64,000 nt of DNA from Lama glama (GCA_028534125.1 CM052817.1:105464001-105528000); one strand, 5' to 3'. Positions 39,626-54,190 are shown, counted from the first letter of the stretch. A program made the numbers and translations. Notes: a model not told the origin generated them from the sequence alone.

Positions 39626-40911
39626 AATTTTGATGGATGAAGGAATGAATCACCTCTCTCCTGTACATGGCATGGTCAATATCAGTGAACAGGTTTTGTT
39701 TTGTTTTTAAAACAAAACTCACTAGCCAGGAGCATGCACTGTTCTAAAGCATATTCACTAAAACAGCATGTCCAGCTTGAGCTGTATAATCGTGATCAAA
39801 CCAAGGTCAAGAGTAACTCAAGAGCAAGGGAGTCTTTGGCCAAAGCCAGTGTTAAAGACAAAGGTGGAAGTCTGTTCTCTTGGTCTAATACATGACTTAA
39901 CTTGAGTAAAATAATTAGGACAGAAATAAACATGAGACAAACAATGATGAAAGTTTCCCTCCAACTTTCTCTTCCATCTCTTTGCAAACATAGGCATGAA
40001 TAAAAGCCATTAAAAATGTTATTAAAATATCTGACCAAACCCTGACGCTGCTGCATCCTGAGAATGCCCGCAGTGCTAGTCCCACAGATCTTTAGCAAGA
40101 GGGTAGCGAGGCGAGGGAGAGTCCCTGCACCACCCCCACCCGGAAAAGTCATTTTCCATCATCTAATGGATAGCAGGTAGGGAGTGGCTGAGAGCTTGGT
40201 GGCTTTCTGAATAGAAAAGCAGTCTTTGTTTTCTCATTATTAGGCTTACAGGAGCGATGGCTTCAACCATTCGTTGGGTTCTGTTAATTTCTCCAGCTGG
40301 ATCGTGCTAGACCTTGGGGCTTTCATACTTGCTCTCAACAAGATCTATTTGTATGGATCAATTAAAGCAGATAAAAGGTTCACCTCTAAGGCAGCAAGTT
40401 CCAGCTTAACTAGTGACATTTGAATATAGTAAACTAGAATAGAGAAACCATTATGTTGTAAAAATATTATTTAGCAGCTCATGTACTGTCATTTCATAGC
40501 ACTCAGGGGACTGGGGAGGAGGGGCGGTTGGTGGGCTGGGCTTGGAGGTTCCAGCGACCCTCAAGCTAAGCTCCATCCTCAGAGCTGTCTCTGTAGCTCA
40601 CTCATATGCAGGCTGAACTGAACTTTTAATAAAAGTGTTCTAAAAAGGATTAAAAACAGCTCAGAAACATCGGAAAATCTTTAGACATGACTGTCACCAA
40701 TCTGCCATTGCTATGACCAAGAAAGCCCAAATCATACTACACTATCAAAGGAAGTAATAGAACATCGTGAACACACACGCGTAACGTGCATAAGCTAGTG
40801 TGGAAATCTGCAGCAAATTATTTGAATGAGAAGCACATTACATTGAAAAAATCATTTTTAACTTTAAATGATCATGTCTGAGTGTATATTATCTATACAA
40901 GTCTTGCAATT

Positions 40912-40970
40912 GTGTGTGCACGTGTGTGTGTGTGTATGTGTGTGTGTGTGTGTGTATGTGTGTATGTATA
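40912..40970 (+). repeat. (TG)n/(TGTA) microsatellite
   Basis: Seen directly in the sequence. Confidence 0.9.
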
Positions 40971-41018
40971 GATAATGTTCAAAACAACCAGGAGGAGAGA
41001 TGTTACTATTTAATTTCT

Positions 41019-41168
41019 TTTTTGTTTTGTTTTTGGGGTTTTTTTGGGGGGGGGTAGGTAATTAGATTTATTTATTGAATTAATTATTTTGAATGGCGGT
41101 GCTGGGGATTGAACCCAGGACCTTGTACATGCTAAGGACACGTTCTACCACTGAGCTCTACCCCTTCT
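41019..41168 (-). mobile_element. Vic-1-type SINE, antisense, TSD tttaatttct
   Basis: ctggggattgaacccaggacc..catgctaag..ctaccactgagct; TSD at 41009-41018 and 41169-41178. Confidence 0.9.
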
Positions 41169-42166
41169 TTTAATTTCTGATTGAGAAAAGGTTGGGCAAT
41201 TGGTTAGAACAGTAGAGCTATTAGGTGGGTCAGGCAGAGCCTGAACTCAGAACCAGCTGACTTCAGACCCTGTGTTTTCTGATTACACCCCCTCTATAAA
41301 CCACACACTGTGAAGCAATATGAACCACTGCCTCTGTATTTGGACGAATATGAAGGATCGTGGATACAACTGTACAGCTTCGCAGAATGAATAGGAAAGT
41401 CTGAAAAGTCTTGGGGAGCCTTTTCACAAGACTGGCATTTATAGACAGAGGCAGCAGAGCATACAAAAGCCAGTGTCTCAGGCCGTGGGCAGACCACAGA
41501 GCACAAAGGCAGCGGGAGGATTTTCCTCACCCAAGCCTGGGTAGACCTTCATCATTCACCAGTGCATTAAATTCTACCTGGCTCTTGGAAACAGTCGTTT
41601 GCTTGATAGCTCCTTTGTGACCCACGGAGTTAATACGCAATCGCCAGTGGCCTAACTTCCAGCTGGGGAGGAGTTTTGGCAGAGGAGAAAAAAAAATCTT
41701 ATTCCATTTCTCACAAATAATAGGAAGATGGAAATTGGAACCAACTACCTCACTATTTTTGTTAGGAAAGCGCTGTTCTGTTTTGACACAGGTCACTGAG
41801 ACACCGGGGGCAATTTCCATGGGAAGATATTTCCTTGAGTCATCATAAGCAGATGAAATGTACAATTTCACCATGGAAAGGAAATGGGTGAACTATAAAA
41901 TGTCCTTTTAATGTTCAGACTTTCTGGGTCCTTTTATATTAGAAGGTTGAGACTAAATTCTAACTACCTATCTTAGTATCTAAGTACATATTTAAGTCAA
42001 ATGTGTAACTTTATATCTTTAAACGGTTGAAAATAATTGTCCAGATTTTTCACAGGTTCAATTCTTTGCCCAAATGCTGACTTAAAATGACCTATTAAGT
42101 GCTTACTATGCATAATTAATTTTGCTATAGATTTGTGAAGATGCTGATATAATTACATGATTTTAA

Positions 42167-42397
<231 letters not shown>

Positions 42398-43094
42398 TGA
42401 GAGGAGTGATACCACTGAGATAATTGTAGTATTTGGCTGTACTGAAACATGTAAAAGCTAAGGGATTTAGTAGTTCTAAAATGAAGAGCTGGAAATATTT
42501 GATAATAAACCTTGCTATCAGTTCTTGTTGATTTTAAGACATTAATTCCACCATTAATTCCAATGCTTCTTCCAAGGTTATTTCTGAGTTGTCATTATAG
42601 GTCAAAAACAATTTAATTATTTACACAGTGACCCTTTTTTTTTTTAACTGGGAAACCAGAGTAGATTAATAGATGAAGTTTACATACACATTAATAACAA
42701 TAATTAGCATAAGAATAGAAAATTATATTTATGTGAAGACACTCTAGAATGATTTATATATGTTTAAGTTACTTAAATACTTCTTAGAATTGAGTCATTG
42801 TGCTTCGTAAAGAAAGTTTAGAAGGCGATTTGGTTAGCACAGCTACTTGCCAGGTTAGTCTTTAAAAAATAATTCAAAGGAATAAAGACTAAGAGATGAA
42901 AAACAGAAAGGGAAGATTTAGGTGCTGTGTGTAAAAGAAAAAGGAAAAAATTAAATGAGCTGGTTGGTATTTGAAAATCACCAAAGGAATTTTTATGTGT
43001 GCTTGTGTGTGTGTGTATAATATGTTTGGTAAACAAATGTTCGCTGGGCCAGGCAGAGACCATGGGACACAGAGAGGAATGTTAACAAGCAGAC

Positions 43095-43312
43095 TGTGCT
43101 AGGTTCCCTCCTGTCTGCACACCTAGTTCGTACTATAGTGATCCATGCTGATACCTCCCTTCCTGGAACAGGTCCTCCATCTACTTTCTTTTATGTAGTT
43201 AGGAGGAAGCTTGAAGTTTCTTTCTGAGTCTTTTGGGCCTTGATTGTTTTCACCTGGAAATAATACGCATCCTAAATAGACTATTTGGGGTGGTAAGTTT
43301 TGCTCCCCTACA
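43095..43312 (-). mobile_element. Old ERV1-type LTR fragment (MER34/MER39-like end)
   Basis: ttttgggccttgattgttttcacctggaaataat..tttggggtggtaagttttgctcccctaca. Confidence 0.5.
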
Positions 43313-44461
43313 GTAGCATAAATAAAATCTCAAGTGCATGACCCACCAGACTATTCAGAGAAACTAGTCCAACTGCAAGGTCCGTTCCAGGTCTGAAATT
43401 CTATGGAAATATATCAATTCTTATTTCTATTTTGCTAACTTATTTTATTAAATAAGCACCCTGACCCATCCTAACCGACTCCTTTTCCCAACCCCGTACT
43501 ATGAAGACCCATGGATCTGGATCCACACAGTTGACATCTAGAGCAATAGTAGGAAATATTTTCAGTGGTATACAATCTATCAAGCATCAATAGGATAATT
43601 AAATGGTATGTTCATGGTGGATTTTTATTCAAAATGTAGTTCTTCATGATGAAATAGTGAGGCTAGAAAGTAAGAAAAATATTGAAAATAAAGTGTGAAT
43701 AATATACTATATTTATGATAACACCACAAAGACTGAAGAATGATGCCTGTTAATATCAGCATGTAGAATTTTGCCTAGAATCCTGCTATGGGGACCTGTC
43801 AAGGGGAAAAATGGTATCGTGTTTGAGATATGAGTTGATGTGGTAAGGAAGGTAAGGTAGATCAGTATAGTGTCCTGACAAAATTTTGTAATTCGGGAAT
43901 CTGAATCATCCATAAAAGCATTCAATGGAGACATAGTAAAACATTGTTTATAAAGGCGTGTAATAGGAACTATGAATTTGGATAGAAGAACACCTATATG
44001 ATGTCGTTAACTATCAGAAGGTAATATGGTAGCAATTTTATGTAAATTATCTATAGTAAATGCACTGAATTAAATGCATATTGTGATGATTCTGCCGTTC
44101 GGTCAAAATAAACACAAAAGGTCAACATTTTTAACATTTTGTATCACAAAGAGATATTAGGTAATGAAAGCACTTGGCAATCAGCAATCATAAGCTTTTA
44201 TACTTTTGAATAATCACAAGTTTTTTCCTTCACTATGATAAAATGATATGCACATAATTATTTAGAGAAGATAATGTCTTTCTATGTCATTCTGGAATTA
44301 CATGGAGTGTTTCAATATTCCTTGTGATCTCGCCACGCTCTGCAAGGTTTCGCACTTTCAGTGTGTCACCCTTATCAAACAGGGCTCCAGGCTTCGTAAT
44401 GACCCCTTGGAGATGGCAAAGCCAACCTGTTTGAATGGACAGTATCAGCAAGAGATATTCA

Positions 44462-45013
44462 TGTTACCTCAAAAGGGGAGGGAAAAGATCCCAGTTCTTG
44501 TCTTACCCGAAAGAGAAGATTTCAGACTGGAGATAGAAGCGTTGTGTAGCAAAAGATTTTAAAGGTTTTATTAGCAAAGGGGAAGCACCCCTCCAAGACT
44601 GGGAGGCGGGCTCATCCCAGGGCGGGTAGCAGTGGTCTTTGTTTGCCCCCTCCTCTTATACCCTCACTTAGAGGGGTGTCTCTTGATTGACTGACAGCTC
44701 TTGCCTCTGGAGTGCTCAGTCATGCTCGTCCCCTTTTGTGCATGTCCTTACCCATGATGCACACAGACAAACCCATTGTGTGGGGGCTGAACCACAATGC
44801 TAATTACATTACAGTGAGCACAGTGTCATGTCTGGTTAGGTCCTTTTTGCTACCGTGCAGTCGTGGCTGTCAGGTTCTAACTGGTTTCTCGCTGGCACTC
44901 ATTTAGAAGTGAAGCCCCTTTATGCTGGAGGCGGGCATAACGCCATCTGCCACACCATTCTCCTTCTCCTCCACCTGTCTGCCCGGTGTCCCCACTTACC
45001 TAACTACCTAACA
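44462..45013 (-). mobile_element. ERV1-type solo LTR, antisense
   Basis: TG...CA termini, near-TSD ttca/ttta, minus-strand AATAAA (about 44567-44572) and TATA-like box (about 44655-44660), GC-rich island in AT-rich intron. Confidence 0.8.
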
Positions 45014-45985
45014 TTTATACCTACATGTGAATAAGAAACATATGCCTGTTTCTTTCTCTGCTTCTGCTATATTACAACTACAGCCACCTCAGATTTGTAA
45101 AGTTTAGTCACAGGCTTTGTATAAGGACCTGATTTTAGAAAGTCCCTCTATTATAAAATATTAGTATCACATATAAATGTATAGCAATAGTGAAAAGGCG
45201 ATCCCTTGTAAAATGATGTCTTAAGTACCCATGTGTACAGAGTGATGTTAAAGCAACTTGAACAGATAGACTTCCTTTCCTTGAGGAGTCTATCATCTCA
45301 GACAGGTGCTGATAAAAATGACAGATACAGTAAGGGTAAAAAGTCATCATTTTTAACATTCAGCATCCATGAGAGTTCCTAAAAAGAAAGCCCAGAAAAC
45401 AAGAAAGGCCCTAAATGAATATCCAGAGGAATGAACTAAGGCCAGAGAAGCTAAACTTGTCTTGACCCATTACTTATTTACTGGTGGATTCAAGGATAGA
45501 CAGATTTCTGGAGTTCCAGTTTGTTATTCTCTTTGCCACTGTATTAAAATGGAAGAAAGTAAAGGGTAATTTGCAAAGAAAAGAAAAAGATTAATGGCAA
45601 AACAAAAAGCACATCGCCAACAGTTATTACACTATTACAATGTTATCTTAGTAGTTATAAGGCTTTCTATAAAATAGCTTTTTTTTCCCATTTTGGATAA
45701 GACGAGTTATTGTATTATTTTCCAATAAGCATTGGATGGTATTCATAATTTTTCTCCAGAACTTTTGACATTATTAAAAATCCCTTCGATTTTTATTAAG
45801 ATACTCAAAATCAATCCTCACTGTGAGCATGAAGTATTTTAAATCATGCCTTGTTTGATTAACAAATTTGGAAATCTATTTAATAGGATCCAATAAATAT
45901 TCAGTGCAGTCAGACATAGTTTTGAATACTTAGAAAGAAATACTATATCCTCTCCTTAAATGTGAACACCCTGCACTGTGGCATT

Positions 45986-46485
45986 NNNNNNNNNNNNNNN
46001 NNNNNNNNNNNNNNNNNNNNNNNNNNNNNNNNNNNNNNNNNNNNNNNNNNNNNNNNNNNNNNNNNNNNNNNNNNNNNNNNNNNNNNNNNNNNNNNNNNNN
46101 NNNNNNNNNNNNNNNNNNNNNNNNNNNNNNNNNNNNNNNNNNNNNNNNNNNNNNNNNNNNNNNNNNNNNNNNNNNNNNNNNNNNNNNNNNNNNNNNNNNN
46201 NNNNNNNNNNNNNNNNNNNNNNNNNNNNNNNNNNNNNNNNNNNNNNNNNNNNNNNNNNNNNNNNNNNNNNNNNNNNNNNNNNNNNNNNNNNNNNNNNNNN
46301 NNNNNNNNNNNNNNNNNNNNNNNNNNNNNNNNNNNNNNNNNNNNNNNNNNNNNNNNNNNNNNNNNNNNNNNNNNNNNNNNNNNNNNNNNNNNNNNNNNNN
46401 NNNNNNNNNNNNNNNNNNNNNNNNNNNNNNNNNNNNNNNNNNNNNNNNNNNNNNNNNNNNNNNNNNNNNNNNNNNNNNNNNNNNN
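45986..46485. other. Assembly gap (500 N) followed by (TATATG)n
   Basis: Run of N. Confidence 1.
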
Positions 46486-46724
46486 TATATGTATATGTAT
46501 ATGTATATGACTATGTTAATCTTATACACTCAAGATATCTCTAATTCCACCTTCTTTTAATTAATTACATATTGAAAACATACCTTAGCATCAACAAATA
46601 TAGTTTAACATCATGTTTTTAATGGCTTACATTGTGAGAAAATAACCATAATTATGAAAATTATAATCAGAACACATTATTCATTACCATTCCTGTTATT
46701 ATTCCTCTCCTAAGAGAGTAACAC

Positions 46725-47038
46725 TGGCTCATGTGAAACATAACACAAGCAAAAAATTTAGCCATCTAATAATTTTAAATTTTCTAGCAGTCGCATTAAA
46801 AAAAAGAAGAGAAAGGAGTGAAATTGATTTTACTAACCCTTTATCCCAATATAGCCAAAATAGTACTATCACGGCATGCAATTAATATGAAGATTAAGGA
46901 ACAATTTTTTATCCTTCATTCCAACAAGTTTTGAGATCTTACATACATTTTGTAATTGAGCACATCTCAATTTTTTATGAGCCACACTCCAAGTGTTCAA
47001 TAGCCACATGTAGTGATAGCCACCATCTTGGACAGTGT
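46725..47038. mobile_element. MER33-like hAT-Charlie DNA transposon
   Basis: taattttaaattttctagcagtcgcattaaaaa..gcacatctcaatt..agccacactccaagtgttcaatagccacatgt..ttggacagtg. Confidence 0.8.
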
Positions 47039-47952
47039 AACATTAAAATGTTAAGAACAAATCCATCTAAAAACTTACTCTAGTATTTTAAATACAAGAT
47101 TCCAGTTGCAGATAAATAACATAGTGGGAAAATCATGTTCTTATCTATTTTTCAGGGAACCAGGAAAATACACACTCATGGGTAAATGTAATCATTTAAG
47201 TGGCAAAATATATACCCTCAACATAAATAAGACTTTGACTTTAAAAACAGGATTCGCTAAAATGTATTCAATGCCACCTTATACCAACATCTCCCAAATG
47301 TTGAAACATCAGTCGATCATTTAAATCATATATCCCCTACCCACAGTTAATGCCTTTAAATTTATATTTTCTGATTTTTTAAAATAATATTATTTTAAAA
47401 TGAATGACTATTTTTTTTCTCCTGATTTAAAATCAATGCAGCAATTATGTAAGCTTTCCCTTGAGAACCTGTCAGTCTGGGAATAAAAGTGTCCCTAGCC
47501 AATTATTTCAGTCCTACACTTAGCAGTGAGACACTTTCATGGAGCCTGTACAACCTTATATACCACAAGGATGAATGTTTCATGGTAACTTTTTTGAAGT
47601 ATTGAAAATAACTTCAGACAGTTGCTATCTCTGAGAACCCTAGGGAAGTTAATGTGCTGCATTCAACATAACAATAATTCTTTAATGCTTAGAAGTTACT
47701 GAAATATTTTGTAGTGCCTTGGGGTCAGCACAATGATAAGAAATGTATGTATATATCATGTTAACAAGGTCCACATAAGATACCTTATTAACAGGCTTCG
47801 TAGTAATTCAGTGCATGATACCTTCTTGGTAATTTCTCTTACAGATATTTGAAAACCAGTAACACATTAGTTTTTAAGCAATCTTTTTGAGAATCAACAA
47901 AATAAATCATTAATACACATTATCTTCACACTTTTATACAAATACTTAATTT

Positions 47953-48115
47953 GGGGGGAGGGGATAGCTCAAATGATAGAGCACATGTTTAGCATGCATG
48001 AGGTCCTAGGTTCAATTCCCAGTACCTCCTCTAAAAATAAATAAATTAATTAGTTACATTAAAAAAAACACTAATTACCTCCCCCAAGAAATAAAATAAA
48101 AAAAAACTAAATTAA
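47953..48115 (+). mobile_element. Vic-1-type SINE with about 13-bp TSD
   Basis: ggggggaggggatagctcaaatgatagagcacatg..ggttcaattcccagtacctcc; TSD aaatacttaattt / aaacacttaactt. Confidence 0.9.
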
Positions 48116-49199
48116 AAACACTTAACTTGATGATGATCTATGTAAAGTATGAATGCCTGACACTCATTCTATTTAGTAATGCTCAATCTTTTGATTATTG
48201 TACTCCATTTTATTCAATGAAAAGGTTTAATCTTTTAAGAAATTATATTGCAAACTCCCTTAATTCATGAGAGCTCTATCTTTGCAGTGGCTTTTGGTGA
48301 GTTTTTAGCACAATCTACCATTGCTATCCTTAGTAAATCTGAGAATGAAAATTTCATGTAATATTAAAATATGTATTTATCTTGAAATTTTAATAAATGT
48401 TTGTTATATCCTTGGAGGACAACTTAAAAATAGGTTTCAGTGAAATAAATTTCTTAACGAAAAGGGAAAGGAGGCATCTATATACCGAGTGCTGTTTAGC
48501 TGCCTGACTGAGGGCTTTGTGAGGCATGGAACACTGTGTATCATCTGCAGTGTTCCTGCTGCCAGTTGTGTTCATCCCAACTGCAATCGCTTCTATAGAA
48601 GGGCAGGAAATGCAGTAAACTTGTTACCATTCATTCACGTAATGTAAGTCCACCCTTGTTGTTGGCTATCAGATGGGACCCAAGAGAAGCACCTGTGATG
48701 TTTAAAGAATCATAGAAGTTACAGGTTACAGATGATTTTGAGAGGTCATACGCATTGCTAGTGACTGCCTGAGGGACATCGAATGATTACTTTCTTCTGA
48801 CTGTGGCTCTCACTGAGTATTAACCATAATACTACTTAAATACATAAATAAATTAGACATCGTAGTACACAGCATATTGTACTTGTCTATTCCAAAAGGA
48901 TGGATGTTTTTAACTAAAAATAAAAGTTAGAAAGAGAAGTTGGATGGAAGAAGAAGAAAGGGAGAGGGAGACAGAGAAGCAGGAGAGAGAAGAGAGATTA
49001 AAGGGAGAAAGTAGGAAGCCAGGCAAAGAAGGGTGATATATTGCAGGTAAGTATTGTGTAATTTCAAATTTATCAGCCGTGCAAAGATCCAATTCCATAC
49101 TTTTACATATTTAAATTAATAGTTCAAGCTACAATGATTAACTTCATCCACAACAACCCCCATTTGTTATATTCTTATGTGACATTATCAAGGCTGGTC

Positions 49200-49940
49200 A
49201 CTACAAATAGAAAGATAGATAAGAAACAGCTTCCCTTGTCAATGCAAGGAAATTAAATGGTAAAAGGAGATTACAAAATAATATAGTATAGGATAAAAGA
49301 GACGTGTAAAATACCACAGGACAACAAAAAGGTGCACTGTCAGGGAGGGATTCTGAGCGGAGGTAACTTCTGAATTAAGTAGATTCCCAAATAGGAGTTC
49401 TTGGGGAGAAAGCCAGAGACCAGGTGCTTTTCTGCCCAGGAGATGGTAACAGCCAAGACCCAGATGCCGGAAATTGCAAGGAGTTTGGGAGTTGAGGGAG
49501 ATGAAGAGACAAAGTGGAAATTAGGGAGAAAAGAGGCTGAGGAGGGAGGTAGGGAGTAGATCTTGAAATGCCATGAATACGATGTGGAGAAACTGATGGA
49601 CAAGACCCTCAGCAGCAATTTGCCGTGGTCAGATCTAACTTTGGGAGGATCGTTTATGAAGCTGAGTGCAAGATGCAGTTAAGAAACATGAGCAGAAGCA
49701 GAAAGAACAGTAGGTGAGTGCGATCAGGGATGTGCTGGAACCAGTGATTAAATTTTCAGGAATTTCACTATAAGGTTGATGTCACTTTGGAAACTGGAAA
49801 TTGGCCCATGGTGGACGTTTACACGTTCACCACAACAGTGCTGACCACCAGCTGCAGTCCTCTAGGTGATAAATTTTGAGGGACTGCACAGGGGTAATAG
49901 GGAAATAAGAGGGTAAGGACTTAAGGAGTATTTAGAAGAC
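49200..49940. mobile_element. L2 fragment interrupted by a short MER63-like DNA element (about 49726-49845)
   Basis: L2-like purine-rich text (ggaggtaacttctgaatt, tcttgaaatgccatg, gtggtcagatct); insert caggga tgtgctggaacc..ttaaattttcaggaattt..ggaaattggcccatggtgg. Confidence 0.55.
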
Positions 49941-52554
49941 CCCAAACACTTGGTGAAGGATAAGACTGATAATTTCTAGAAAAGATTCTTAGAAAATACA
50001 CATTGTTTATCCAAAATTAGTACTAGAATAATTGCATCAAGATAATGGTATCAACAACTTTGTGGTGATTTACAAAAAAAGACACCTAAACAATTGGTGA
50101 CTTTTCTTGCTTTGTCACACTTCAAATTCAAAAATATTCACATTATGGAAATCTTAATGTAACATTTTATAATAGCAGGAATAATTCATATATGTGATAC
50201 AGTAGATTTCTTACAATGAAAAGATATTCTGAGAAATCTGTTGCAAAATTTTTGAGCTGCTGAAGTTCAAAATATGTTTTCTTTCTTACCAATGAAAAAA
50301 TGGAGGTTGAAATAATATCAAATTAAATTAGTTGAACAAACTACAAATCTGAACTAGTGATTGCATTTAATGGTACATATACAGTTCATATTTCCATGGA
50401 CACGGTTCATTTTGTTAGAATGTTCTTTTATAAGAACTTTTCATAGTAACATTCTGAAAAATGCATAGGTGATGGCTTGACTTTTTTTTTTAATGATTGC
50501 ATCTTTGCTAAAATATATGAAGTGGTAACATTTGCTTCTGAGATCAGGCGTGTATCTTACCGTTATATTGACTGAGAATTATTTTAACTTCTGGGTTGAC
50601 ATATTTCTTATAGGAAAGATATTATTTGTGAAGTCTCATTAAAAGTGCAGATTGTTTTTTTGCCCTTTATAGACATTTTGACTCTCAACTAACAACATAT
50701 GATTAAATATCTTCACATCTTTCAACTACGTTTAAACATCAGATGAAAGTGTTATATATACCATTGCCTATAAATATTCACATTATCACCCCATATTATA
50801 ATTAAACAACTATATTTTAATACCATGTTTGAATAATATTTTGTAATGTAAAAATCTGTATTCCGAGTCTTTATAACTTAAAATAGCACATTTTCATATA
50901 TAGCGATGGATGCAAAAAATAAACAGTGCAAGTAAATAATGGTCGTGTAAGATTATCCTGCCTCTTTGTCAGTGTTTTTCAGTTTTGTAGGATCTTTAAA
51001 TTTTTAGGGTTTTTAAATTTAAATGTTAAACTTTTAAAATTTTGATTTCAAACTTGACTCCTCAAGTTAATAGTCACTGAAATGTCAGGATTTTTTGGGC
51101 ACGGCTGTTTATGGAGATTGTAGGGTTTATCAAATTGAGATTATTCCTTAAGGTCCAGACTATGTAGTCACCTTTTTTTTTAGCAAAGAATTGCATTCTT
51201 TTCTCCAAAAACTGCTTATTCTCCCTGCTGCTAGATCCAACAAAGCAGAATAAACTGTATCTGGTATTTTCTATCCGGGACCCTAATTTTATAATTTGTG
51301 TTCCTTGGCCTTTCCCCATTTTTTGATGCATGAATGACTACTCAAAAGAGGGTAACACCCAAAAGCATGCACATTTGATTCTAATAGTGTGTAACTGTCG
51401 CCACAGAGATAGTCTCTGTTGAGAGTGTTCCCCTACATTTAGAAGATTTATAGTTCTAACAGTGTTAGTGGCTTTAAGGGAAAGACTTTTATGGACAATT
51501 TTATCAGATTTTTTTCTTTTAATTTTAGCTGAGACTGGATTTCAATGTACTGAGACTGACCTGTGCTGATTGGATTATTAAGAGCCTTTTAGTTTCCTTG
51601 TAGAAACTATCAGAGACCTGAAATAGTTAGAGGTGGATGGAAACTATGTCACTTAGAAACCATACCCTAAGACAGAAATGGCTCAATTCACCGCAAGGTG
51701 GGATTTATGAATGTACGTATAGATGGTGGAATTTGGTGAAAGAATTGCTTTCATCTTCCATCACACTTTCATAAATAGATGGGGACATAATTAGAGATAA
51801 GATGATATCATAATTGTTGGAAGGCCATTTTATAATAAGTTATAGATAATAGAATCCAACAGTGTAATAACTGAGGAAGGTACAAATCGTGCACCTTTGA
51901 CGTGACCAGTTCATTGGACCCTGAAATCTATCTACACAGTTGAATGCATCATTAAGTCATGGTCAGAAATTAGTGGTGTAAATATATTTCTTAAATTTGT
52001 TGGTAGGTTACTCAGAATGCAATACTGTCCAAAAATAGAAAATAATAAGTCTACAGAGTGATGTGCTCATTCCTCATGCATCCCTAACCATATGTTTTTC
52101 ATACGATTGTGATTCAAACAAAGCATCTATTAGTGAAAGAACAGAATTAGTTTGGGGAAAAAAAACTGTATCTGTCATGTGCTAGAAATAGTGGCAGAAT
52201 TTGCACCTCGTCGAGCATAACAGATAAAATGGTTCTGAATGGTTGCTTGCCAGTGATCTCAGTAAGTAAATTTACATACTGGATTCTACTAGAAGGGAGA
52301 AAAGAAGCTTGTTTGACTCTAAACAGTCTGCTGCCTTTAAAAAAAATAGGTTCCAGCTAAAACATTATTTTAGATGCAACTGCAGAATTCTTCATCTTGA
52401 AAAACTTGTCAATCTTACACTCATCTGTCAGTTTAAAAAACAACCTGTGAACTTACAATTAGAAGTAAAGTATATTTACATTAATTTTGATTTGTCAACA
52501 TGTCTGAGATTATGGAGAAAGAAGTTACAGATGTAGTAGATTTAAAATTTTTCT

Positions 52555-54190
52555 GTAAGACATTCTATGTTCCTGGATTAGAAGACTTAAAATATAGTTA
52601 AGATTTCAATACTACCCAAAGTGGTCTACAAATGCAATGCAATCCCTACCAACATTCTAGTGGTATTTTTGCCAGAAATAAAAAGTCCCATCCCAAAATT
52701 CATATGGAATTTCAAGGGATCCTGAATAACTAAAATAATCTTGATAAAGGAAAACAAATTTGAAGATCTTATATGTCCTTATTTTAAAACTATAAAGCCA
52801 CTGTCAAAGCAGTGTGATACTGGTGTAAAAATAGACATATGGAATAGAATGAAAAGCCCCCAAATTAAATCCTCACACATAAGGTCGAATGATTTTCAGC
52901 AAGAATGCCAAGACCATTCAATGGGTAAAGGACAGACTTTTGAACAAATGGTATTGGGAAAACTGGATATTCACATACAAAAAAAATGAAGTTGTAGTCT
53001 TACCTTGCATCGTTTACAAAACTTAACTCAAAATGAATCAATGACTTAGAAGAGCTAAAATTATAAAACTATTTGAAGAAAACAAAAGACAAAATCTTAT
53101 GACATTGGATATGGCAATGATTTCTTGGATAGGATGCCAAAAATATAGGCAACAAAAGAAAAATAGGTAAGTTGGACTTAATCAAAATGAACAAAACTTT
53201 TGGGCATCAATGAATGCTATCAGTAGAGTGAAAGTCAACCCAAGAAATGGTAAAAAATATCTGCAAATCATCTATCTAATAAGGGGTTAATATCCAGAAT
53301 ATGTAAAGAACTCCTAAAACTCAAAAACAGAAAATCAACCCAATTAAATATGGACAAAGGACTTTATACAGTTATTTCTCCAAAGAAGATATGCATAAAT
53401 CCAATAAGCATGTACAAAGAGATGTTCAACATCACTAATCATCAAGGAAATGCAAATCAACCCACAATGAAATACTTCACACCTATTAGGATGGCGATTA
53501 TCAACAGACCAGGAAATAATAAGAGCTGATGAGGATGTGGACAAATCAAAATCCCGTGCATTGCTGGTGGGAATGTAAAATGGTGCAGCTGCTCTGGCGA
53601 AAGGTAGATGGTTCCTCAAAAATTAAACATAAAATTACCATCTGATGCAGCTATTCCACTTCTGGGCATATACTCAAAAGAGCTGAAGTCAGGAGTTGAA
53701 GAGATAGTCATACAGCCGAATTCATAGCAGCATTATTCACAATAGCAAAAGGTGGAAGCAACACAAGTGTCCATCAATGGATGAATGAGTGCATAATAAA
53801 ATGTGCTGTGTATGTACAATGGGCTACTATTCAATGTTAAAAAGCAAAGAAACTGACACATCTTACAAAATGGGTGAATCTTGAAGACATTGTGCTGAGT
53901 GAAACAAGCCAGTCACCAAAGGACACATCTTGTGGGACTGCATTTATATGAAACACCCCCATCAAACTCATAGCGACAGAAAGTAGAATGGTGGTTGTCA
54001 GGGGCTAGGAGAGGGGTAAATGGGTAGTTTGTGTTCAGTTCACACAGAGCATGGGAAAGGTGAAAAGACAAAAAGCGTCGACATGGATGATGGTGAGAGT
54101 TTTACAACGCTGTCACAGAAGCATACCCTTAAAAATTAAGATGGTATATTTTACAGTAGGTACATTTCCCTGCAATTTTAAATGAATAAT
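52555..54190 (+). mobile_element. L1MA/L1MB-type LINE, 3' part of ORF2 plus 3' UTR, sense, decayed
   Basis: caatgcaatccctaccaacattc, aaaattcatatggaa, WNRMKSPQI-like peptide, aatccagaatatgtaaagaactcc, gatgttcaacatcactaatcat, 3' UTR motifs; stops and frameshifts. Confidence 0.9.

Noticed and set aside
45930..46544. 182-199 aa ORFs, and similar ORFs at 4757-5020
   Set aside because: Artefacts of reading through N gaps.
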